Under the pieces are notes generated by a model that was not told where the DNA came from, did not search any database, and worked only from the letters and a program-made list of their open reading frames with translations. The translations under genes were made by a program, and so were the position numbers. From assembly GCA_030603365.1 (NCBI GenBank), contig JAUVXV010000008.1, positions 64,001 to 128,000 of the forward strand: DNA of 64,000 bases, written 5' to 3'. Each line of letters begins with the position of its first letter. Position 1 is the first letter of the stretch. The stretch comes from Candidatus Heimdallarchaeota archaeon. Its GTDB lineage: Archaea > Asgardarchaeota > Heimdallarchaeia > Heimdallarchaeales > Heimdallarchaeaceae. Of this stretch, positions 27,658-36,576 are shown piece by piece.

Positions 27658-29022
27658 ATGCCGGGAATAGATACCGAACTTGGTCCACCAGCTGAATCAG
27701 CTAATATTATAGATGTTCTCAGAGCTCCAGAAACTAGAGAAGTTCTAGCTTTCCTTCTTTCCCAATTTTTAGCATTTGCAGTTTATATGTCAATACGACA
27801 ACTCTTTCCTTTGTATCTGTTAGAAAAAGAATCATCACATTTTGTAAATTTCTCAAGTTCAACATATATTCAAAACTTAACTCCCTTAAACCTAGAAGAA
27901 TATTCTAGAACTATTGAAATAGCAGTTCTTGCAAAATGGGGGATTATAGCTACAGCATATACATTTGCAGGTTTATTTGGAAGAATTCCAAGTGGATGGC
28001 TTATTGAAAAATTCGGCAGGAAACCAATTATTTTTTCATCATTTGTCTTAATGATTATTTCAGTAGGTTGCTTAGCTTTTACAGAAAATACGGCTCTTTT
28101 AGCATTCCTGTTTATCATACTTAGATTAACAAACAATACTTTTGGATTATCGAGTAGATCACTTCTATCAGATCTTAAAACAAGGTATAAGGGGTTGTAT
28201 AATTCATTAATCTCAAGTTCAGGAAGACTTGGCAATCTTATTGGTACTTTATGTTTAGGATTTGTTCTTAATTTCTTTCCTGGATATGTGATGATACTAT
28301 GTGGTTTAGCTCTTTCGATTGTAGGTTTTGCAGCTTTTCAACTTGTTTTTGTAAAGGGTAAAGCTGAAACCATTCATTTTATACGAAGGGTAGATATTAA
28401 AATGGGTAAGAAAGAAAAATTAGATTTTAAGATATTTACCTCTAAAACGTTCATATTCTTTACTTTAAGTTTCATAATATTTGGTTTGATATCGGGGATT
28501 ACTGATCCAATACTAGCAATTTATGGAAATAAATTAGAACTCTCTGAAAGTACTATCGGGATAATTCTAGGTTTATCCCAACTAAGTTTCATCATCATAT
28601 CACCATTTGTTGGATGGATGATTTCAAGTAAACCAAAAATAACTGATAGTCTTCTTCTAGTATCTACTATTATTCTATTGTGTAACTATTTGTTGATATA
28701 TTTAGTTCCAAATAATACTGCAATCTACACAGTGATTCTCTTTGGAAAAAATATAGGGCATGCATTGTTCTTTCCTGTAGTTTTTACTATACTAACGTAT
28801 GAACTTCCAAAGGCTCATTTCTCTTTAATTTACTCAATTTTAACTACAGGGTTCTTTCTAGGGATTACTGGGACAGCTTATCTCTCAACTTATTTATATC
28901 TAATATCAGAAACATTACCCTGGCTTTTTGCATTTATTTCCACAATTGCATTAGCAATTACGGTTCTAATTTACATACTTGTAAAAAGAACATCAAAAGA
29001 GAAGCAGCAAAATAAATCATAA
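27658..29022 (+). CDS. MFS transporter
   Basis: GWLIEKFGRK motif A; about 12 TMs. Confidence 0.85.
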   Translation: MPGIDTELGPPAESANIIDVLRAPETREVLAFLLSQFLAFAVYMSIRQLFPLYLLEKESSHFVNFSSSTYIQNLTPLNLEEYSRTIEIAVLAKWGIIATAYTFAGLFGRIPSGWLIEKFGRKPIIFSSFVLMIISVGCLAFTENTALLAFLFIILRLTNNTFGLSSRSLLSDLKTRYKGLYNSLISSSGRLGNLIGTLCLGFVLNFFPGYVMILCGLALSIVGFAAFQLVFVKGKAETIHFIRRVDIKMGKKEKLDFKIFTSKTFIFFTLSFIIFGLISGITDPILAIYGNKLELSESTIGIILGLSQLSFIIISPFVGWMISSKPKITDSLLLVSTIILLCNYLLIYLVPNNTAIYTVILFGKNIGHALFFPVVFTILTYELPKAHFSLIYSILTTGFFLGITGTAYLSTYLYLISETLPWLFAFISTIALAITVLIYILVKRTSKEKQQNKS

Positions 29023-29066
29023 ACTCATGATTTTCTTGATTTTGAGGTGTTTAAATAGCTGAGTTT

Positions 29067-30161
29067 ATGTTAAATAGTGTGTCAATTGAGATAGAAAACT
29101 TGTATAAGGAATACCAGAAAAAAGGGAAGAAAATAGTTGCTTTAAACAATGTTTCATTAAATATTAAAGAGGGAGAATTTATAGGACTGCTAGGACCTAA
29201 TGGAGCAGGAAAAACCACTTTAACAAAGATTCTAACAACTCTTCTTCTTCCTACATCAGGTGAAGCTTATATCAATGATATTTCAATAAAAGAAGACAAA
29301 AAAATTCGGAAGATAGTTGGAGCTGTTTTTGGAGAAACAGGGGGTAGAAGTTTATATTATCGTCTTTCTATTGAAGACAATCTTCTGTTCTATAGTACCC
29401 TTAGTGGTTTGAGTAAGGATGTAGCAAGGAAAAGAATATCTTCATTATTGAATTATTTTGATTTAGAAGATAAAAGAAAAACCTTAGTCATGAAACTTTC
29501 AACAGGAATGAAAGCTAAAGTGCTTTTAATTAGGGCATTAATTCCTTTTCCTAAAATTCTTCTGCTTGATGAACCAACACTAGGATTCGATGCAGAAAGC
29601 TCTGAAAAAGCAAAAGATCTTCTTAATGAATTTAATAGAGAGTTCGGAACCACTATTCTTCTAACAAGCCATAATTTTCCTGAAATTGATGAACTAACCT
29701 CACGTTTGATTCTAATAGACAGTGGAGACATAGTTGAAGATTGTCCTCCTAATATCTTCAAGAAAACAGCTGTTCAAGAATATGTGCACTTAATGTTTTC
29801 CTTACCTCCTCTACCCTCAGATGGATTTGGAATGTCTAAGCTTCCAACAGAAATTTTCAAGAAACTTGTAAAAGATCAAGCAGGAGCTGACATATTATCT
29901 TTGAAAGTGAAGGATAGTTTCAATTTTGTATTTGAAGCAACAATACAACCTATAACATATCCCTTGAATGAAACAATATCTCGTATAACAGTCTTAATTC
30001 TTCGAGCAAGTGGTGAAATCTTCAAAATTGCTCCCTATATGCCAAGTTTAAAAGAATCATTTTTAGCCTTTCTTGCTCTTAATAAGCAAGAATCACTTGA
30101 AAACAAGGAAACCGACTTAAATGAAATATTCACTTTTCCAATCCAAGAGGAGGATGTATAA
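29067..30161 (+). CDS. ABC-2 type exporter ATP-binding subunit
   Basis: GPNGAGKT, LSTGMK, LLLDEPT and TSH motifs. Confidence 0.93.
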   Translation: MLNSVSIEIENLYKEYQKKGKKIVALNNVSLNIKEGEFIGLLGPNGAGKTTLTKILTTLLLPTSGEAYINDISIKEDKKIRKIVGAVFGETGGRSLYYRLSIEDNLLFYSTLSGLSKDVARKRISSLLNYFDLEDKRKTLVMKLSTGMKAKVLLIRALIPFPKILLLDEPTLGFDAESSEKAKDLLNEFNREFGTTILLTSHNFPEIDELTSRLILIDSGDIVEDCPPNIFKKTAVQEYVHLMFSLPPLPSDGFGMSKLPTEIFKKLVKDQAGADILSLKVKDSFNFVFEATIQPITYPLNETISRITVLILRASGEIFKIAPYMPSLKESFLAFLALNKQESLENKETDLNEIFTFPIQEEDV

Positions 30162-30175
30162 CTATTACTCATCAA

Positions 30176-31027
30176 TTGGTGGATGTTCTCGAGTCCTTTA
30201 GTTATACTACTAAGAAATCAGCTTTTTACTCTCGAATCAATGTTATTTTTAAATCAAGAATTAAGATGGCTTTAAGCTACAAAAGTAGTTATTTTATGAC
30301 TATTTTTTTGAATCTTGTTACACTAGTAATGTACTTCTTTTTTAGTAAACTCAACCCAGATTTAACTATTTTTGGTATTTCATCAACCTATGTAGAATTT
30401 TGTTTTCTTGGATTGAGCTTACAAATGATAATAGGTACTACACTTTCAACTGTGAGTGCAAGTATCTACAATGAGATAATATCTGGAACCTGGTCTTCTC
30501 TTTTAGTTAATTTCAGTTTCTTTGAATATTCGATAGGAAGTACTCTTGCAGGAGTAACACTATCATCAATTTCAGTTTTCATAGCTTTATTCTTAGCTTT
30601 TCTTTTCATGGGATCATTTTATGTGATTTCTTTACAAGAGGTTTTAATCATCATAATGCTATTTGTTCTTATTTTACTTTCACACATGGTCGTTTCAATG
30701 GTCTTTGCATCATTTACAATATTCTATCAAAAAAACAGTGGATTAATACCACTTCTTTATCAATTATCTAAAACTTTTACAGGTGTAGTTTTTCCAATTG
30801 CTTTGCTTAAAGGATTTCCTATGTTTCTTTCAAGAGTTTTACCTCTAACGTATGGATTGGAAGCATTACAATCTATCGCTTTAAATGACACTTCAAATTG
30901 GAGGTTAATTTTCACCAATAGTGCAATTTTGATCGGTATCACCTTAATCTTAGGTGTATTGTCCTATTTTCTAGTCGTAAAGAGTATTAAAAACTCTAAA
31001 TTGAAAAACAAGGTGGATTGGTACTAA
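30176..31027 (+). CDS. ABC-2 type permease
   Basis: About 6 TMs; E..SGT and GVVFP...LPLTY motifs; in operon with the ATPase. Confidence 0.85.
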   Translation: MVDVLESFSYTTKKSAFYSRINVIFKSRIKMALSYKSSYFMTIFLNLVTLVMYFFFSKLNPDLTIFGISSTYVEFCFLGLSLQMIIGTTLSTVSASIYNEIISGTWSSLLVNFSFFEYSIGSTLAGVTLSSISVFIALFLAFLFMGSFYVISLQEVLIIIMLFVLILLSHMVVSMVFASFTIFYQKNSGLIPLLYQLSKTFTGVVFPIALLKGFPMFLSRVLPLTYGLEALQSIALNDTSNWRLIFTNSAILIGITLILGVLSYFLVVKSIKNSKLKNKVDWY

Positions 31028-31911
31028 TTTCAACAAAACGGACTAAAGGAGTAATTGAACAATTTAACCATACAGAAGTATCTCTAAGTTTTCTTAGTGG
31101 TTTTAAAGCAACATTCGCTAGAAACATACGTATCATTTGGCAGTATAAGTTTACACTCCTAATTGGGTTTGTTAATACATTTACTGTTGCTAGCCTATTT
31201 TATTATGTAGCGAATTTAGTTCCCAATCTGCTAATAAGTCAAGATAATTACGTTGTTAGTAGTATACCATTTATTTTTGCAGGAAGCATGCTAGTGGATA
31301 TATCAACACGAATCTTGATGAAATCAATGAATAGTTTCACAAGTGAAATGAGACAAGGAACTTTTGAAACACTTGCAACTCAACCTTTTGGTTTAAAGAA
31401 ATATTTCATTTCAGAGATTACTTTCGAGGTATTGTATAGCTTAATCTTCTCAATTATTTACTATATTCCAGTATTATTTATCTTCCCTATATTCACTGGA
31501 ATATCAGTCAATGTTTACTCAGCACTTTCTTTCCTACTTATCATTGTATTTGTACTCTTATTTTTCTTTTCTCTATCTCTATTAGCAGCCAATATCACTA
31601 TATTGGTAAAGAGAGGAAGAGAGATTTCTATGGTCCTTATAGGAGTTATACACCTTCTAAGCGGAAGTCTCTTTCCTCTCTCGCTATTCCCAGAATGGTT
31701 AAGAATAATAGCATATTTTTCACCAATGACGTTAGCAGTTCAGGCATTTAGATTATGCTTATTTGGAGGAGGAACAATAGGAGATTTCCATGTATGGTTA
31801 TCTTTAATTGTTCTGATAGTTTCATCTCTAATTATCCTTTTACTTTTTAATTTTACGTACAAAAAAATCTATAATCGAATAAGAATGAAGGGGACAATCC
31901 ATGAATTCTGA
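31018..31911 (+). CDS. ABC-2 type permease
   Basis: EMRQGTFE..P and SGSLFPLSLFPEWL..SPMT motifs. Confidence 0.87.
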   Translation: MVLISTKRTKGVIEQFNHTEVSLSFLSGFKATFARNIRIIWQYKFTLLIGFVNTFTVASLFYYVANLVPNLLISQDNYVVSSIPFIFAGSMLVDISTRILMKSMNSFTSEMRQGTFETLATQPFGLKKYFISEITFEVLYSLIFSIIYYIPVLFIFPIFTGISVNVYSALSFLLIIVFVLLFFFSLSLLAANITILVKRGREISMVLIGVIHLLSGSLFPLSLFPEWLRIIAYFSPMTLAVQAFRLCLFGGGTIGDFHVWLSLIVLIVSSLIILLLFNFTYKKIYNRIRMKGTIHEF

Positions 31912-31930
31912 AAGAGGAAAAATATTTTGT

Positions 31931-32575
31931 TTAATTCAACAATTGAAGGAACTCACCAGTGATTTTTTCGACATCTTTAGCTTGAGTAATTGCTCTACCT
32001 ACAACTATTATGTCAGCACCATTATTGAGGGCTTTTTGGCTAGCATTGATATCTAATCCACCAGCAACAGCAATAAGTGACTTAGGATAACTAGTTTTAA
32101 TCAATCGAATTGTTTCCCAAGGATGATCTATATTGTTCTCTTGATCAATACCTCTATGGAATAAGATGATTTCAGGAACTCTGGATAATGAATCTAGTAA
32201 TTGCTTAGGGTCATTAATATTCATACAATCAAGAATTATATCAACAGCTTTCTGTCGTCCTTCTTTTAGAGAAGATTCTATAGTCTCGAGTGAAGCTAAA
32301 CCGCTAATCGCGACTGCATTGACGGAAGCTTCAGCAGCAATTCTCACTTCCAGCCAACCAACATCTAAAGTTTTCATATCTGCGATGACATAAGAATCTA
32401 AACAAAAACCTCTAATTTGCTCAATTATTGAAACACCGAATTTCTTGATTAGGGGGGTACCTGCTTCATAAAGAATTTCCTTTTTCACAGGTAGTCGGCT
32501 TAAGATACGATTTAAATCTTCAAGCGAAACTAAATCTAAGGCGATTTGTAAGTATGGAGGTTCTTCTAAGTTCAT
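31931..32575 (-). CDS. 3-hexulose-6-phosphate synthase (OMPDC/HUMPS fold)
   Basis: LQIALD, EAGTPLIK, ADMKTLD, HRGID, AVAGG and VVGRAIT motifs. Confidence 0.85.
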   Translation of the reverse strand: MNLEEPPYLQIALDLVSLEDLNRILSRLPVKKEILYEAGTPLIKKFGVSIIEQIRGFCLDSYVIADMKTLDVGWLEVRIAAEASVNAVAISGLASLETIESSLKEGRQKAVDIILDCMNINDPKQLLDSLSRVPEIILFHRGIDQENNIDHPWETIRLIKTSYPKSLIAVAGGLDINASQKALNNGADIIVVGRAITQAKDVEKITGEFLQLLN

Positions 32576-32576
32576 T

Positions 32577-33935
32577 TTATACGCCTAGCAGTCTTGTTTT
32601 AACTCCTTCTTTGAGTGTCCTTGGTTGAGCAACATCTTTAACATAATCTAAGATATAATTTTGATTCCTTTTATCACCATGAATAAGAATAATATCTTGT
32701 GCATCTGTTTTTTGCATTATAAATTTCAATCCATCTACAGAACTATGACCAGAATAGGGGAATTTCATTACTTTGGCTTTAAGAACAAGATTCTTTTTTC
32801 GTCCCCTTCCATTATCAATTGTAATAGATCTTTCTCCATCATAAATTGCTCTACCAAGTGTTCCATCAACTTGATATCCTGTAAATCCTATAACATTTTC
32901 TTCATTGTCTCCACACAATTCAAGATAGGTATGAACAGGTCCTCCTTCCAACATTCCAGAAGTAGTGACAATAATAGATCCTTCAGTATTTTTAGCAATA
33001 TATCTCCTTGCGGCATGGGTTCGTTCAGAAATTGAGTTTACAGGAATAAAATTACTTTTTTCGAAGGGAGAATGTAAACCTGCATCTCTTAATTGTTCCA
33101 GAAATCTTTTTGAAACCCATTTATCTGAAAGAAAATGCTCTGTAATCATATTCATTTGGTTGATCATCCCATCGATATATATAGGAACATCTGATAAATC
33201 ATCATCAAGAGCTAAAGTAATTAGGGTTTCTTGAGATCTTCCAACAGCAAAAGAAGGTAAAATCATTTTGTGTTTTTCATCAGTTACTTGTTTCGCAATG
33301 AGTCGTAATCCCACATCAATTTTGGATCTTTCAGGAACATATCTTTCTCCATTTGTTGATTCAGTTATGAGAATATCAATTTCTTCCTTAGGCAAATCAT
33401 ATCCATCGAACATTGGGGTTACTCTATCATTTATATCAGCAGTATAAAGTATCAAAGTCCCTTCCCAATCTATAAGAATTTGAGCAGCACCTAACACATG
33501 ACCTGCATTAAGGAACTGTGCAGATATTCCATCAGCTAACTTGAATGGTTTATAATAGTTTAATGTTCGAATCTTGTGAAATACCCTATCTAAGTCTGAT
33601 TCACCCCAATGTCTTCTTCCCTCAATTTTTAGATGATCCAACCACAATCTATAGACAACTTCCTTAGTAGGATGGGTCATAAAATAATTTCCTCTATATC
33701 CATTTCTGGATAAAGAAGGCATGTAACCAGAATGGTCTATGTGAGCATGACTAAGTAATACTGCATCTAAATCAGATGCAACATCATCTACACCTTTGGG
33801 TGCGACAGAAAACTGCTTAGGTCTAAGTTCTATCCCGCAATCCAGCAGTATATTGTGATCTTTGTTACTTAGAAGAAAGGAGCTTCTTCCAACATAATCC
33901 GTAGCGCCGAAAGCAGTTATGTTTATTTCATTCAT
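32577..33935 (-). CDS. beta-CASP metallo-beta-lactamase ribonuclease (aCPSF2-like, no KH domain)
   Basis: LDCG, SHAHIDH, AGHVLG, ESTNG, FAVGRSQE, SGMLEGG, YSGH and HGD motifs. Confidence 0.92.
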   Translation of the reverse strand: MNEINITAFGATDYVGRSSFLLSNKDHNILLDCGIELRPKQFSVAPKGVDDVASDLDAVLLSHAHIDHSGYMPSLSRNGYRGNYFMTHPTKEVVYRLWLDHLKIEGRRHWGESDLDRVFHKIRTLNYYKPFKLADGISAQFLNAGHVLGAAQILIDWEGTLILYTADINDRVTPMFDGYDLPKEEIDILITESTNGERYVPERSKIDVGLRLIAKQVTDEKHKMILPSFAVGRSQETLITLALDDDLSDVPIYIDGMINQMNMITEHFLSDKWVSKRFLEQLRDAGLHSPFEKSNFIPVNSISERTHAARRYIAKNTEGSIIVTTSGMLEGGPVHTYLELCGDNEENVIGFTGYQVDGTLGRAIYDGERSITIDNGRGRKKNLVLKAKVMKFPYSGHSSVDGLKFIMQKTDAQDIILIHGDKRNQNYILDYVKDVAQPRTLKEGVKTRLLGV

Positions 33936-34090
33936 ATTATTACTACCAGGTAGTACTTTATGATAGAAGTGAAATATTAGTAAAAATTAATTACTTCAAT
34001 TCTCTTCATCAGTGGTTTATCAAATAACAAGTAAATATGTATTGTCATCTTTAATTGAATATTTTTTTATATAATGGAAGATAGAATATC

Positions 34091-34828
34091 ATGATAGTAA
34101 TGGTACCAGAGAAAGAAAAAGGCAAGAAAAAAGAGTCTGATTTACGTTCAAATCTTTCGGATGCTTACAAAAAATTTGATTTAGAACTGGATAAATCACA
34201 AGAAAAGGATGAAAAAAAGAGACAAGAAGTAATAGATGAGGGGTTAGAGAGGATAGAGAAAAAATCGGAGAAGGAATTGGTATCATCCAAATTGCTTGTC
34301 AACAGAATTCTAGAAATTAGAAAGAAATCAGGAATGATTCAAACCATTGGTACAGCAGGTAAGATTAAGACTCCCATCCTATTTGGAAAAGATGAATTCA
34401 AACAGAAACTAGTTCAAGAAATCATGATTATAGGAACAGAAGAGCTAGAAGCTATAGGATCAGCAATAACAATTGTAAATTTCATAGATTATTTCAGAGA
34501 AACAAGACCTAATTGGAAAATTAAGACAGGAGAAATATTAGAAGTAATTAGGAAATTAGAAGAAAAGGAGATAATTCCACCAAGAGTAGATATCGGAGAA
34601 GATGATGTGTTGGTGAGATTCAAACCTATAGAAATGTCAAATGATTTGCAAGAAGTGCTGAGATTAGCAACAGGACTACCTTCACTCTCAGTGGAGAAAG
34701 TTTCATCACACTTGGGTTGGTCAGTTGAGAGAGCTCAAAGTACACTAACATTAATGATGAAAATGGATTTAGCTGTACTAGAAGAAGGCTCAGGAGACTA
34801 TTACTTCCCAGGAATTATGAACATGTAA
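34091..34828 (+). CDS. ESCRT-II Vps22/Vps36-like (EAP30 domain) protein
   Basis: Tandem wH region ...P.EMSNDLQEVLRLA...SV..V..HLGWSVERAQSTL...A....YYFPG parallels Snf8/Vps22 PAELNMDHTVVLQLA...VTVSE....LKWETERA..VL....YWLP (recalled consensus). Confidence 0.8.
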   Translation: MIVMVPEKEKGKKKESDLRSNLSDAYKKFDLELDKSQEKDEKKRQEVIDEGLERIEKKSEKELVSSKLLVNRILEIRKKSGMIQTIGTAGKIKTPILFGKDEFKQKLVQEIMIIGTEELEAIGSAITIVNFIDYFRETRPNWKIKTGEILEVIRKLEEKEIIPPRVDIGEDDVLVRFKPIEMSNDLQEVLRLATGLPSLSVEKVSSHLGWSVERAQSTLTLMMKMDLAVLEEGSGDYYFPGIMNM

Positions 34829-34922
34829 AGAAGTAAGTCAAGTGCCTAAAACAATTTTCGAAGAATATTAGAGAGAGTTTTAGGTCTAATTTGTTGCATT
34901 TTGCGAAGTATTTATAAGTATC

Positions 34923-34985
34923 AAAAAGAGGAGTATTATGGTGAAATCTCACACATATTTTGCGAGATTTCACCCTCCCTCCCTC
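34923..34985 (-). terminator. Stem-loop followed by a U-tract downstream of udp; candidate terminator or structured RNA
   Basis: Perfect 11-bp inverted repeat GGTGAAATCTC (34940-34950) / GAGATTTCACC (34964-34974). It extends to 14 bp with a G-U pair only on the minus strand and is followed by CTCCTC-TTTTT. Confidence 0.5.
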
Positions 34986-35011
34986 ATTTCTGTTATCATA
35001 AGTTTGTTATT

Positions 35012-35845
35012 TTAGATTTTTCTATACCAGAATTTCTTATTTGATTTCTTTTTTGCTTCATCCATTTCTGCTAACACTTTTACTGCATAATTCGCTGCAG
35101 AAATTACTTCCTTTTCCCCTTTTGTATCAAATTCATTTGTTACTCTATTGGCATAAACTGCACATATCGCTCCTGTTCTTGCACCAAATATCTGCCCTAG
35201 TGTGAAGATATGTGATGCTTCCATTTCAATATTAGTTACGCCCATTTTTTGTAAATCTGGTACAATGGCATCTGTCTTAGATATTTTATAGCCATTATAA
35301 CCTGGTCTTCCTTGTCCTAGGTAGAAACTTGAAGATGAAGCTGCTATTCCCAAGTGATAAGTATACCCCAAGGTTTCACATGCTTCTATTAAAGCTAAAA
35401 CAACTTCGTAATTTGCTAAAGCTGGAAAATCAGCTGGTACATAGTGTATGCTTGAGCCTTCCAATTTTACAGCTCCTGTGTTTATTATTAAATCTCCCAA
35501 CTCTAGTCCTGGTTGGATTGCACCTGTTGAACCTACTCTAATGAACGTGTCACAACCGATATTCAGAAGTTCTGTCAAAGCAATTTCACAAGCAGGAGTT
35601 CCAATCCCAGTTGAGGTCACACTAATTGGAACATCATGAACTTTACCCGTGTAAGAATAATATTGACGATGAGCTGCTATTTCTTTGTGTTGATCCCATG
35701 TTAGAGCTATTCTTTTTGCTCTATCAGGATCACCCGGAAGCATAACAGGTCCTAATAAATCTCCAGGCTTACATTCTATATGATATTGTAATCCCTCCTC
35801 GAAAACAGGTTTATCTGCTTCTATTTTCTTATCTTGTCCTTCCAT
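35012..35845 (-). CDS. udp: Uridine phosphorylase
   Basis: QYHI, PGDPDR, STGIG, RVGSTG, FYLGQGR and NIEMEA motifs. Confidence 0.93.
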   Translation of the reverse strand: MEGQDKKIEADKPVFEEGLQYHIECKPGDLLGPVMLPGDPDRAKRIALTWDQHKEIAAHRQYYSYTGKVHDVPISVTSTGIGTPACEIALTELLNIGCDTFIRVGSTGAIQPGLELGDLIINTGAVKLEGSSIHYVPADFPALANYEVVLALIEACETLGYTYHLGIAASSSSFYLGQGRPGYNGYKISKTDAIVPDLQKMGVTNIEMEASHIFTLGQIFGARTGAICAVYANRVTNEFDTKGEKEVISAANYAVKVLAEMDEAKKKSNKKFWYRKI

Positions 35846-35878
35846 ACATTCTTATTGAAAGGAGAGAATAAAAGTTTT

Positions 35879-36538
35879 TCACTTTGTTGTCTTCAATTGT
35901 CTTATTTTCTTCGCATATAGAAACAATACCGTCAATACTACCAAACCTACTATGGAATTGGTTAAGTAATTAGTAGCGAAGGACAAAATTGTACCCCAAT
36001 TTGAAGGTAGTTCTTCATTTGAATAATATTCTCCAGTACTATTTACTTGCAAATAAGTATCCATATATTCTGCATTAATATCTGAATCAAATTCAACCCA
36101 GAATGTATAATTTCCAAAAGGTAAAGAAGTTAAATTTCCTGAACAAACAATAAAGGAAATCGAATAAACATATTGTGACAATCCTGTAGGTATACTATAC
36201 TGGTTTGTTGCGGGAAGCTCTATTTCATCTGCAAAGGCGAAATTGGTTTCGTTTTCAAATTGAGCTTCAAAGCCAGTGTCAAATAGACCATGGTTCCCTG
36301 TTCTGACAGTTATATTTGACAATGATGGGTTCCATATATCAATTTGAATGTGGAAGTAAAACTCTGTCCCATCGATATCACCGGTGTAGCAGATACCATA
36401 ATAGAAGTAAGTATAGTTTTCATCAATTGAACTTATCCGAGTATACAAAACTGGACCTGCAGAAACTGAAGATAAACTTAACAGTAAAAGATTGCAAGAG
36501 ATTAAAAACACAGTAATTTCTTTGATATGTTTCATCAT
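35879..36538 (-). CDS. Secreted/surface protein with signal peptide and C-terminal TM anchor
   Basis: Hydrophobic N-terminus ending VSA, several NxS/T sequons, C-terminal TM plus KKIRQLK. Confidence 0.7.
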   Translation of the reverse strand: MMKHIKEITVFLISCNLLLLSLSSVSAGPVLYTRISSIDENYTYFYYGICYTGDIDGTEFYFHIQIDIWNPSLSNITVRTGNHGLFDTGFEAQFENETNFAFADEIELPATNQYSIPTGLSQYVYSISFIVCSGNLTSLPFGNYTFWVEFDSDINAEYMDTYLQVNSTGEYYSNEELPSNWGTILSFATNYLTNSIVGLVVLTVLFLYAKKIRQLKTTK

Positions 36539-36576
36539 ATGAGAATCTCATACACACTTTTAAGTTTCTTTGAATG

